DNA of 64,000 nt from an uncultured Anaeromyxobacter sp. (GTDB taxonomy: Bacteria; Myxococcota; Myxococcia; Myxococcales; Anaeromyxobacteraceae), in the NCBI GenBank assembly GCA_903874275.1, contig CAIQRS010000238.1, positions 2,844-66,843 on the forward strand, in the 5' to 3' direction. Below are positions 30,293 through 39,380 of this stretch, piece after piece (position 1 is the first letter of the stretch; every line of letters starts with the position of its first letter). The notes under the pieces were generated by a model. The model made no database searches, was not told the origin of the DNA, and was given only the letters and a program-made list of their open reading frames with translations. The position numbers and the translations under genes were made by a program.

Positions 30293-32779
30293 GTGACCGG
30301 CAGGGAACTTCCACCCGTCCTCGCATTCGGACTTCTCATGCTGGTGACCGCGTGCGGAAGTTCCAGCATCGGTGACACCGGTGGCGGTACCAGCGCCCCG
30401 GTGATCTCCTCCTTCACCGCAACGCCCGCATCGATCCAGTCGGGCCAGTCTTCGACCCTCTCCTGGAGCGTGACCGGAGCTACGAGTCTCTCCATCGATC
30501 AGGGCATCGGGGCGGTCACCGGCACGAGCAGGGGCGTTAGCCCGGGCACGACCACGACCTACACGCTGACGGCGACCAACTCGGCCGGGTCGGTGACAGG
30601 TGCCACGACCGTGACGGTCACCCCCGCACCTGCGAACCCGGTGCCATCGATCGGCTCCATCTCCCCGTCGGCAAGCACGGCCGGTGGGACGGCCTTCACA
30701 CTGACCGTGAACGGGTCGGATTTTCTGCCGTCGTCGAGCGTTCGTTGGGGCGGGTCGCCCCGGGTGACGGCCTACGTTGACCAAGCACATCTGACGGCAT
30801 CGATCACGGCCGCCGACATCGGTGCCGCCGGTACGGCCGCCGTGACGGTCTTCAATCCAGCGCCCGGCGGCGGAACGTCTTCGCCGGTCCAGTTCACGGC
30901 GAGCAATCCAGCGCCGGCGGCCGGTTCCTTGTCACCCGCATCCCTCCCAGCAGGCAGTTCAGCCTTTACTCTGACCGTCAACGGGACGGGGTTCGTTTCC
31001 ACCTCGACCGTGCAGTGGAACGGCCTCGACCGAGCAACGTCTTACGTGAATGCCACACGGCTCACGGCGTCGATTGCGGAGGCCGATGTTGCGACAGAGG
31101 GGATGGCCAGCGTCAGTGTCGTGAATCCTGCGCCCGGCGGCGGCGCGTCGCCGACAATCGCATTTCCCGTGACGCAACCCGATCCAGCCACAAACATCGG
31201 GACGCTTCTTCTTGATGCCTACAGCGCCGCCGGCAACCGCATCAGCGCTGGAGACTTTTCAAATTACACGAACTACATCGTCGATCCGCCCTCGACGCAA
31301 TGGGGGATTTACTACAACTACGGCGTGTATCGGATGGGGACGCCTCCAGCGACCGCACAGGCTGGTAGCGTCCCGTTCGACATCAATCAAAATGGCATCA
31401 CCTACATTGGCTTCGTCGTCCCGGCAGGTCAGGACCTTTACCTGACGGCCCTCTGGGGCGAGAGGATCGACAAGGTCGGAACGGTATTCCTTCGCGCAGA
31501 CGACGAAGGAACCGGATTCAAGGTGGGGCGCTGGCAGTCCCGGATCGTCGAACTTCCTCTCGCCTTTGCGTGGTCGGAATTGCATGCCGCAAGAGCCGCC
31601 TTCACGCAGTACACGAACTCGGGAATCACCTTCCCGCCCGACATCGCGCTCGCACTGGATGCCGCAACGAATCAGTTGCTCGCTGCGCAGTCCCTGAGCA
31701 CCGGCTCGGCTCGGGCACTGGCTGCCTACGCTGCCTTGTCGAGCATCGTGCCACTCAAGGAAAACGTGGTTCTAGAGGCAGTCCGGCAGGCCACCACGGC
31801 GCGCTCCGACTTCATGTTCACCGCGGGTTGGTCAAATTACATCGAGCCGAGTGCCATCCCCCATTTTGAGCTCTACAGGCAGGCGGGGTTCGACTCCGTG
31901 AACATCGTGTGCAACTGGACGGTCCTCGCACCCCACATTGGAACGTATGACTTCACCAGCCTGGATTTCCAGATCAACCAGGCGACGTCGTTGGGGTTCA
32001 ATGTCGTGCTCAACATTCTCGAGAACCCCGGGAATGGGACCATCCCTCCGGCCTATCGGCTATTGCCATTCCCCGAGCTGAAGCGGGTCTACTACGACCA
32101 TGCGGCAGCCGTCGTGAGCAGGTACGCCGCCAATCCAGCCGTAGCCGTGATCTACCCGGCATCTGAAATGGAGGTGGATGGTTCCTACAGCCTGGCCGAG
32201 CTTGCGGAACTGACGCAGCAAGCCCTGCAGGGGGCGAGGGACGCGGCGCCGCTGAAGGAGTTCGGGGTCTACTTCACGGCGACCGGCCACGTCGGGTATC
32301 AGATGTCGAATCCCCCCGCGAATGACTTCACGACGCTGGAGTTCATGAAATACCTGATCGCAAACGGCATCAAGCCCGATTTCGCCGGCATTCAAGCGCA
32401 ATACGGCACGATCTTCGCGCCGCTCGACCTGCACAGATTTCTCGAGAATCTGAGCACCATCCACGACGTATTGAACGTCCCTCTGTATGTGGCGGACACC
32501 ACCTATAGTTCAAAGACCGAAGACCTCGGTGTCACGTCCCGCTTCTACTGGCACGGGGGGCTCACGCAGCAAGCTCAGGCAGAGTGGGCAAGCGGCGTTC
32601 TGACGATTGCTTACGGGACCAGTTGGATCAAGGGATTGACGTGGACGCATGACGACAGCTACGACCCCAGTTCCACGGGCATTTGGGCGGGGCTGGTGGG
32701 GACCGATTTGCTTCTTCGTGACGGGGTGCCAAAGCTGGCCTACCCAGTGTTCAAGAATTTCATCAGCAGTCACCAGTAG
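30293..32779 (+). CDS. lipoprotein with Ig-like and IPT/TIG-like repeats plus a GH42/GH5-like C-terminal domain
   Basis: LAFGLLMLVTACGSS lipobox. Three IPT-like repeats (SISPSASTAGGTAFTLTVNGSDF..). WTVLAPHIGTYDFTSLDFQINQATSLGFNVVLNI is typical of glycosidase TIM barrels. Confidence 0.75.
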   Translation: MTGRELPPVLAFGLLMLVTACGSSSIGDTGGGTSAPVISSFTATPASIQSGQSSTLSWSVTGATSLSIDQGIGAVTGTSRGVSPGTTTTYTLTATNSAGSVTGATTVTVTPAPANPVPSIGSISPSASTAGGTAFTLTVNGSDFLPSSSVRWGGSPRVTAYVDQAHLTASITAADIGAAGTAAVTVFNPAPGGGTSSPVQFTASNPAPAAGSLSPASLPAGSSAFTLTVNGTGFVSTSTVQWNGLDRATSYVNATRLTASIAEADVATEGMASVSVVNPAPGGGASPTIAFPVTQPDPATNIGTLLLDAYSAAGNRISAGDFSNYTNYIVDPPSTQWGIYYNYGVYRMGTPPATAQAGSVPFDINQNGITYIGFVVPAGQDLYLTALWGERIDKVGTVFLRADDEGTGFKVGRWQSRIVELPLAFAWSELHAARAAFTQYTNSGITFPPDIALALDAATNQLLAAQSLSTGSARALAAYAALSSIVPLKENVVLEAVRQATTARSDFMFTAGWSNYIEPSAIPHFELYRQAGFDSVNIVCNWTVLAPHIGTYDFTSLDFQINQATSLGFNVVLNILENPGNGTIPPAYRLLPFPELKRVYYDHAAAVVSRYAANPAVAVIYPASEMEVDGSYSLAELAELTQQALQGARDAAPLKEFGVYFTATGHVGYQMSNPPANDFTTLEFMKYLIANGIKPDFAGIQAQYGTIFAPLDLHRFLENLSTIHDVLNVPLYVADTTYSSKTEDLGVTSRFYWHGGLTQQAQAEWASGVLTIAYGTSWIKGLTWTHDDSYDPSSTGIWAGLVGTDLLLRDGVPKLAYPVFKNFISSHQ

Positions 32780-32792
32780 GCCGGACCGCGCC

Positions 32793-33290
32793 ATGGCCCG
32801 GGAGAGTTGGAAGCCGGGTGAGACGACCCGCGTCGACCATCGAGAGAGGCGGCAGCCGGTGCCGAGCGACGTGAAGCAGGTGGTCGAGATCGCTCCGAAG
32901 TCCGGCGGCCGGGTGAAGCTGAAGGCCGGAGAGCGGCTGCGCATCGTCGATGTCGCGGGACAGCAGGTCGCGGACCTGTTCGCGGTTGCGACCGACGACT
33001 TCGACAAGTGGTTGAGCACGTCGACGCCACGAGAACTTCCGCATCGCAGCTTCCCAGTTCGGGTGGACCCCGCCCGAGGTTCCTGATCCGGTCAACTTCT
33101 TCCAGCGCACGGAGATCGGGAAGGACAGGACCCTGACCCCGCTGCCAGCTCCGAGCAAGGCGGGGGACGCGGTGACGCTGCGGGCCGATCGCGATGTGTA
33201 CGTCGTCGTCACCGCGTGCTCGAAGGATGTCGAACCCATCAACGGGGCCGCCTGCACCGGGCTGCGGCTGGAGGTTTCTCAGGGGTCCCA
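32793..33290 (+). pseudogene. DUF1989 (urea-carboxylase-associated) gene with internal deletion/frameshift
   Basis: The N-terminal part LKAGERLRIVDVAGQQVADLFAV..WLSTS lies in one frame. The C-terminal part HENFRIAASQFGWTPPEVPDPVNFFQRTEI..GDAVTLRADRDVYVVVTACSKDVEPINGAACTGLRLEV lies in another. The middle ~80 aa are absent. Confidence 0.65.
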
Positions 33291-33415
33291 CATGGGGCCC
33301 CCGGATGGGACCGTTTCGGCCTCCCGTTCCTGCCTATGCTCTCGAAAGACAGCGGGTCGGAATCCGTGCAGGTGGGCCGCTCCGACACCTGATTGGCTGC
33401 TGGAGGTGAACATCG

Positions 33416-35038
33416 ATGAGGCCACCCAGGGTCCTTTCGCTGGCTTCGACGGCAATCCTCGCCATCCTGCTCCTGAGTTGCGGCACGGACGCGAAACCGC
33501 CCGCGTTCCGACCCGATCCCCAGCGGGTCCTCGACGACATCACCACGCTCGCCTCGAGCGTCTATGAAGGAAGACAGGGCGGGCTTCCCGGTGCCGAGAG
33601 GGCGGCAGAACTCGTCGTCAGGAGGTTTCAACAGCTCGGTCTGGAGACGCCCGCGAACAGCCCGGGTTATCTACAGACCTTCCCCCTGGTGGTCTGGAAC
33701 CAGACCAGCGCGACGGTCTTCACGATCGGTGACCGGAGCCTGATCGAGGGTGTCGACTACATGCTGCTCATGTACACCGACCCGGCATCCGTGACGGGGG
33801 AACTGGTGTTCGCCGGCTACGGGATCACCGTTCCCCCCTTCAGCCAGGCGGCACATCCGGGATGCCCGCTGAGTCCGGCCGGGTTCGACGAATACGCCGG
33901 CATCGACGTGAGGGACAAGACGGTGGTCGTCGTGGAATGGGTTCCGGCCAAGAGTTCCGCCATTCACTCCGACTGCCCGGCATCCATCGGAGGGGGGGCG
34001 GAGACCTCCTATTCCTCGGGGTATCTGTCCTACAAGATGGCGAACGCGCGCAGTCGCGGCGCCCGGGCGATCGTGACCATCACGCCGTACTACGAGGACC
34101 AGCGGCTCATCATGTACGGATTCGCACCCGACGAGGTGAGCCACATGGCCACCCTGGAGACCGACAGGGACTCCCTTTCCTTGTCTCTTCCCTCGCTGAA
34201 GCAGTGGGTCATGGAGATCGACAGCACCCTACGACCCAACAGCAGGATGACCGGGCTGCGATCGACGGTCGAGGCCGGCTCCTACAAGGCGAATGGGTTC
34301 GCGTCGAACGTGATCGCGGTGATTCCCGGAAACGACCCGGTGCTGAAGGATCAACTGGTGGTGATCGGGTCGCACCTGGATCACATGGGGAAGCGGCCGA
34401 ACGGGGACGTCTACCCCGGCGCCGACGACAACGCTTCGGGCACCGCCGTCATGATGGAGCTTGCCCGCTCGGTCGTGGCCAGCGGGCTCAAGCCGGCTCG
34501 AACCCTGATGTTCGCGTCGTACAACGCCGAGGAACTGGGTCTCATCGGCTCCTGCTACTACGTCAACCAGCAACCCCTCTACCCGATCGCGAACACCAAG
34601 GTGATGATCAGCGTGGACATGGTAGGTCTGGGAGCCGGTGGCGGTCTCGATCTCTACGGAGCCACGGACACCGACAAGGGATGGATCGCGCGGGTGATGG
34701 CGAACTCGAGCGCTGCCATGGGGATGGGCTACGGGGTCAAGGCGCTCGATCCCATGATGGGCTCCGACCACGCCTGCTTCGCGACGGAAGGAAAGATCCC
34801 AGCGGTCATGGCGCTCTCGACGGCCATGGGCGATCACCCCGCCTACCACACCCCCAGGGACACGGCGGCCGCGGCGAGCCAGCCCGCGATCAAGGCCTCG
34901 CTGGAACTCCTGTGGGCGTTCCTGGTGCCGGTCGCCATGGGAACGGAGAGCAAGTACGACACGGCAGGTGCTGCCCTCCAGAGCGAGTCGGTGGATGCCG
35001 CCCCGGTGAGACACCACCCGCTCTTCAGGGGCCGGTGA
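33416..35038 (+). CDS. M28-family peptidase lipoprotein with PA domain
   Basis: LAILLLSCG lipobox. [11 protein letters not shown]...[18 protein letters not shown]...[14 protein letters not shown]...VSVDMVG carries the metal-ligand motifs. Confidence 0.85.
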   Translation: MRPPRVLSLASTAILAILLLSCGTDAKPPAFRPDPQRVLDDITTLASSVYEGRQGGLPGAERAAELVVRRFQQLGLETPANSPGYLQTFPLVVWNQTSATVFTIGDRSLIEGVDYMLLMYTDPASVTGELVFAGYGITVPPFSQAAHPGCPLSPAGFDEYAGIDVRDKTVVVVEWVPAKSSAIHSDCPASIGGGAETSYSSGYLSYKMANARSRGARAIVTITPYYEDQRLIMYGFAPDEVSHMATLETDRDSLSLSLPSLKQWVMEIDSTLRPNSRMTGLRSTVEAGSYKANGFASNVIAVIPGNDPVLKDQLVVIGSHLDHMGKRPNGDVYPGADDNASGTAVMMELARSVVASGLKPARTLMFASYNAEELGLIGSCYYVNQQPLYPIANTKVMISVDMVGLGAGGGLDLYGATDTDKGWIARVMANSSAAMGMGYGVKALDPMMGSDHACFATEGKIPAVMALSTAMGDHPAYHTPRDTAAAASQPAIKASLELLWAFLVPVAMGTESKYDTAGAALQSESVDAAPVRHHPLFRGR

Positions 35039-35115
35039 TTCCCGTTCCCAGCAGGGATGCTCATTGCGGATTCTCGCCATGAAAACTGGGCCTTGGTGAG
35101 GGTCTGGCCGATGCA

Positions 35116-35241
35116 CCCATCCGGGTTCGGGTGTTTTCCCGGGCCTCCACCCGGATTCAATCTCCGCAGGCTCGGGACCTCTCCCAATATCGGAGGAGCG
35201 TGGCCACGCGCATACTCCTCATCAGAAAGGGAGAACAGACC
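35116..35241 (+). promoter_or_regulatory. conserved leader/promoter region shared with 55675..55800
   Basis: Four conserved blocks: CCATCCGGGTTCGGGTGTTTTCC, GGGATTCAA, GCTCGGGA.CTCTCCCAATATCGG and ACTCCTC.TCAGAAAGGGAGAAC.GACC, followed by the ATG. Confidence 0.5.
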
Positions 35242-35661
35242 ATGAAGACCATCAACGGCGGCAGCGCAGTGCAGGGCGGGTACTACCTCTCCAAGAGCAA
35301 CTGGGAGATCTTCCCCATCGAGAAGGACGGGCAGAAGCTTCCCGGCGCCTCCTCCGAGCACTTCGTGAAGCTCAACACCGCAGCGGCCCTCATGCTCATG
35401 CCGGTGCTCGGTGGCCTGATGGTGGTCTTCCTCCCCTTCATCGGCCTCTACCTGGCGGCCAAGGCTGCACTGAGCCCGGTCGGCAAGATGTTCAACCGCT
35501 CGGCCCAGGACCTGGCCGCGACGGTCACCCCGGGTTGGGCCCCTGGCGCCGCGCACTTCACGGGCAAGGCGACCGAGGAGAAGAAGGGCGACGAACACCA
35601 GGCCGCCGCGGCCAAGCTCGAGGAGTTGGCCCGGGAGATCGACGGGAAGCGCAAGGAGTAG
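35242..35661 (+). CDS. small single-pass membrane protein, paralog A
   Basis: MKTINGGSAVQGGYYLSKSNWEIFP... has a central TM (LMLMPVLGGLMVVFLPFIGLYLAA) and a charged C-terminus. GGGAG lies 8 nt upstream. About 70% identical to 55801..56220. Confidence 0.75.
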   Translation: MKTINGGSAVQGGYYLSKSNWEIFPIEKDGQKLPGASSEHFVKLNTAAALMLMPVLGGLMVVFLPFIGLYLAAKAALSPVGKMFNRSAQDLAATVTPGWAPGAAHFTGKATEEKKGDEHQAAAAKLEELAREIDGKRKE

Positions 35662-35719
35662 CGCGAGGTTCTCCCGACGGAAGTGCAGTGGCGAGGGGCG
35701 GCGCGAGCCGCCCCTTGGC

Positions 35720-36022
35720 GTTCGTGGCCGGTCCGTCATCGTTTGCCGCGCCTCCGGTCCCTGGGTCTCCTACGGTGCGGACCTGCTGGCGGTGGCGGAC
35801 GGAACCATCGTGGACGCAAGGGACGGCATCCCGGACGACACTCCGACCGGCTCCTACGTCATCCCGATCACGTCCGGAACCGCCGCCGGCAACTGCGTCG
35901 TCCTCGACATCGGCGACCGTCACGGGACCTTTGCCTTCTACGTGCACCTCGTCCCTGGCAGCCTGCGGGTGAAGATCGGGGATCGGGTGACCTCGAGCCA
36001 GGTCGTGAACCTGGGTCCGTGA
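35720..36022 (+). pseudogene. M23 peptidase fragment
   Basis: ..LAVADGTIVDARDG..GNCVVLDIGDRHGTFAFYVHLVPGSLRVKIGDRVTSSQVV stops before the HxH metal motif, and the N-terminal part is lacking. Confidence 0.5.
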
Positions 36023-36212
36023 GGATTCACGGAACTTCCGACTGGTACCTGAAGTAGGTCTCGTCCGGCTCCGCCCCACCGGACGAGTGCCTGGGAGCGC
36101 CCTCGCGTTCCGGGAGCCTGGCCTGTGAAATTCACAGCAATGGTGTTCGTGCGCCCTTGTTGATTCCCGACCCTCCACGTACGCTGATTGGCCACAGGAG
36201 CTGGCGCCGACC

Positions 36213-38567
36213 GTGAGCGAGCACCCGCCGGGCACTCCGCCGGAATCCACCAGCGAGGACGCATCCGACCCCGACGCGGTGGCGCTGGGCGGGCGCCTGC
36301 GCGAAGTGCGGATCGCGTCGGGCCTCACGGGGCCAGAGGTGAGGGCCCGCACGGGGATCGACCCCGGTGGCCTCTCCAGGGTGGAGAAGGGTCGCCGCTT
36401 CCCGACCATCGAGATGCTCTCGGCGCTGGCCAAGGTCTACGGGGTCCGGGTCCACGACCTCCTCGATCCGGCCCACCGTCCAGAAGACCCGCTCGCCGCC
36501 AGGCTGGTTCCCCAGTTCCGGATGGCGGACCTCGGCATCATCGATCTCGAGAAGCTGCGGGAAGCAGCCGAGGCCCAGGTTGACAAGGGTGCTCCCCGGG
36601 CTGCCACGTCGCTGTCCGGGGCGGCGCTCCTGCACGAACTCGAGGTTCAAGAGGTCGAGCTGGAAATGCAGAACGAGGAGCTCCGGCGCGTCCGGAGCGC
36701 GGCCGAGGAGGCCCGGAACCGTTACGTCGACCTGTTCGAGTTCGCGCCTGACGGCTACATCACCCTCGATGAGGCTGGATTCATCACGGGGGCGAACCTC
36801 ACCGCCGCCACGCTTCTCGGCATCTCCCCGGGGCGGCTCCGGGGGAAGCGCTTCGCGGTCCTCGTCGCCCCGGAGCGCGCTGCGGCCTGGCAGAGCCTCT
36901 TCTCCCGTGCCCGGCAGGGCGAGGAGAAGCAGGCCGGAGACCTCCGGATGCACCGAGGCGACGGAACGGTGTTCGACGCCCAGGTGATCTGCCAGTTCAT
37001 CCAAAGGAGCGACGGGGGGGCGGAGGCGCGAATCGCGCTGGCCGACATCTCCGAGCGGAAGCGGATCGAGCGGGACCTCCACGAAAGCGAGGCACTCTTC
37101 AGGGGACTGTTCGAGAACCACGCTGCCGTCAAGCTGGTCATCGACCCGGAGACCGGCAGGATCATCGACGCCAATCCCGCGGCTGCGAGCTTCTACGGAT
37201 GGCCCAGGGACCGTCTCCGGCAGATGCGCATCCAGGACCTCAACACGCTTCCGGCGGAGAAGATCGCGGAGGAGATGGAGAGGGCCAGGAGCCTGAAGCG
37301 CGTGCACTTCGAGTTCCGCCACCGCCGGGCCGACGGCTCCGTCCGGGACGTCCAGGTCTTCAGCAGCAAGGTCGAGTTCAGGGGGAAGGACCTGCTTCAC
37401 TCCATCATCCACGACATCACCGAACGGAAGCAGGCCGAGGAGGCCGTCAGGAGCGGCAGGGCCCTCCTGCTCGCCATCGCCGACTCCAGCCCCGACTCCA
37501 TCTTCGCCAAGGACCTGGAGGGAAGATGGACGTTCGTGAACGCGGCGGCGCTCCAGGTCGTCGGGAAGCCGTCGGAGGAGGTGCTGGGAAGGACGGATGC
37601 GGAGATCTTCGGGGACCCGCTGCTGACAGGGGCGTTGACCCTCCACGACCGCGAGGTCCTGGAGTCGATGGCACCCCTGACCTTCGAGGAGAACGTCCCT
37701 GGCCCGACCGGGGCGCGGACGTTTCTCTCGACGAAGGCTCCCCTGCACGATCACGACGGACGCATCGTGGGGATCGTGGGCGTCGCGAAGGACGTCACCG
37801 AGATGAGCAAGCTGGAGCAGCGACTCGCGGTGCAGTCACGCCTCGCAGCGATCGGGACGCTGGTGGCGGGCGTCGCTCACGAGATCAACAACCCCCTCTC
37901 CAGCGTCCTCGCCGGAGGGGGGACCGCCATGGAACTGGCCCAGGAGGCGCGCCGCCTCGTCACGGAGGGCGCCACCGAGGGTCGGGACGACCTGGCCCGA
38001 CTCCTCGACGAGATCCTGGACTCCCTCCAGGATACCCAGCACGGGGGGCAGCGCATCGCGCAGATCGTCAAGGACCTGTCGCTCTTCGCGCGTCCCGACC
38101 CGCAGCGGGCCCGGGTGCGGATCATCGAGATCGTCGATCAGGCCATGCGCTGGCTGCCCGGATCGGTGGGGGCGGCGGTGACCCTCCGCGTCGAGGACCG
38201 CGGGGCGCCCGACGTGGTGGCCTCGCCCGGCCAGATCGGGCAGGTGCTCGTGAATCTGGTCACGAACGCAGCCAAGGCGTCGCCCCGAGGCAGGAAGGGC
38301 GAGGTCGTCGTTCGGCTCGGGCACGGAGGTCCGGGTATGGCCCGCATCGAGGTGATCGACGACGGAGTGGGCATGGCCCCGGACGTGGTCGAGCGGATCT
38401 TCGACCCGTTCTTCACGACGCACCCCGCCGGGGAAGGCACCGGGCTGGGACTCCCCATCATCCACGCCATCGTCACCGCCCACGGAGGGACGCTCACCGT
38501 CGAGAGCGAGGTCGGGAAGGGATCCACGTTCCGGGTCGAGTTGCCTGTGGCGCCGGAGGAGGCGTGA
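36213..38567 (+). CDS. XRE-HTH / PAS / histidine kinase fusion protein
   Basis: N-terminal LGGRLREVRIASGLTGPEVRARTGIDPGGLSRVEKGRRFPTIEMLSALAKVYGV is an XRE HTH. It is followed by LLHELEVQEVELEMQNEELRR, 3-4 PAS modules, GVAHEINNPLS and GTGLGLPIIH. No TM segment and no REC domain. Confidence 0.85.
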   Translation: MSEHPPGTPPESTSEDASDPDAVALGGRLREVRIASGLTGPEVRARTGIDPGGLSRVEKGRRFPTIEMLSALAKVYGVRVHDLLDPAHRPEDPLAARLVPQFRMADLGIIDLEKLREAAEAQVDKGAPRAATSLSGAALLHELEVQEVELEMQNEELRRVRSAAEEARNRYVDLFEFAPDGYITLDEAGFITGANLTAATLLGISPGRLRGKRFAVLVAPERAAAWQSLFSRARQGEEKQAGDLRMHRGDGTVFDAQVICQFIQRSDGGAEARIALADISERKRIERDLHESEALFRGLFENHAAVKLVIDPETGRIIDANPAAASFYGWPRDRLRQMRIQDLNTLPAEKIAEEMERARSLKRVHFEFRHRRADGSVRDVQVFSSKVEFRGKDLLHSIIHDITERKQAEEAVRSGRALLLAIADSSPDSIFAKDLEGRWTFVNAAALQVVGKPSEEVLGRTDAEIFGDPLLTGALTLHDREVLESMAPLTFEENVPGPTGARTFLSTKAPLHDHDGRIVGIVGVAKDVTEMSKLEQRLAVQSRLAAIGTLVAGVAHEINNPLSSVLAGGGTAMELAQEARRLVTEGATEGRDDLARLLDEILDSLQDTQHGGQRIAQIVKDLSLFARPDPQRARVRIIEIVDQAMRWLPGSVGAAVTLRVEDRGAPDVVASPGQIGQVLVNLVTNAAKASPRGRKGEVVVRLGHGGPGMARIEVIDDGVGMAPDVVERIFDPFFTTHPAGEGTGLGLPIIHAIVTAHGGTLTVESEVGKGSTFRVELPVAPEEA

Positions 38568-38816
38568 CGGGAAGGAGGCCCACCCCCAGGACCAGGGAGC
38601 CTCGGGGACCGAACTCCCAGTTCCCGGGCAGGGATCGTGGGAGTCGGCTCCCTCCCGGACGGGGCGCGCCCGTGCGCGCTCCCGGGAACGCTGGAAATCC
38701 GTGCAAACTCACCACCCGGGCACGGCGCCATTCCGTGAACTTCCTGGCACGGCGGATGCTCTTTCCCGGGGGAGAGGTCGCAATCGAGCGACTCGCGCAT
38801 GCAGCTGGAGGTTTCA

Positions 38817-39038
38817 ATGGCAAAGGTCATGAAGTCCACGGACTCGTCGAGCCTCGCGGAAGTGGTGGACCGGATCCTCGACAAGGGCATCGTGATCGAC
38901 GCCTGGGCGAAGGTCTCGCTGGTCGGCATCGAGCTGCTCTCCATCGAGGCGCGCGTCGTCATCGCCTCCGTCGAGACCTACCTCAAGTACGCCGAGGCGA
39001 TCGGCCTGACCGCCACCGCCGCCGCTCCGAACGCGTAG
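38817..39038 (+). CDS. gvpA: gas vesicle structural protein GvpA
   Basis: [55 protein letters not shown] is almost the GvpA consensus. GGAGG lies 7 nt upstream of ATG 38817. Confidence 0.9.
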   Translation: MAKVMKSTDSSSLAEVVDRILDKGIVIDAWAKVSLVGIELLSIEARVVIASVETYLKYAEAIGLTATAAAPNA

Positions 39039-39134
39039 CAGCGCCGGCTGCTGGATCCCCTCCCCGGGCCCGCTCGCAGCGAGCCCGGGGATCGGTCCTG
39101 TCGGTCACCACCGGGAAGGAACGATGGTCCCCGT

Positions 39135-39380
39135 ATGGAAGCCCTCGGCAACGACATCACGACGATGCTTGGCAAGTTCCGGGCGGAGCGGCGGGAGCGC
39201 TTCATGGCCTGCGACGAGGCCCGGAAGGTCTTCCGGAGCGAGATTCGCTCCGGGGTGCGAGCCCTCCTCGACCGTTGCGAGCTGACCCGGGAGTCGCTGG
39301 CGTCGGACATCCGGGCCGCCAGCGAGGCATTCCGGAAGTCGCGCCCCCGCAAGGCGCCGCTCAGGGCGGGGCAGGCGTGA
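39135..39380 (+). CDS. small Arg-rich helical protein downstream of gvpA
   Basis: 81 aa, predicted all-helical, with recurring (F/I)R..(E/S).R pattern. No family recognised. Its 3' end overlaps the convergent C11 gene by 20 nt. Confidence 0.55.
   Translation: MEALGNDITTMLGKFRAERRERFMACDEARKVFRSEIRSGVRALLDRCELTRESLASDIRAASEAFRKSRPRKAPLRAGQA

Noticed and set aside
35131-35241. A GTG-initiated 37-codon N-terminal extension of the small membrane proteins (also 55690..55800), as suggested by the ORF track and by a Ser TCT/AGC and an Arg AGG/CGG synonymous pair.
   Set aside because: The region has much lower GC3 and many rare codons (TTT, CAA, TAT, ATA, AGA, TCT) compared with the downstream CDS. 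A strong SD (AAGGGAG) is perfectly placed for the internal ATG, so I interpret the region as a leader.
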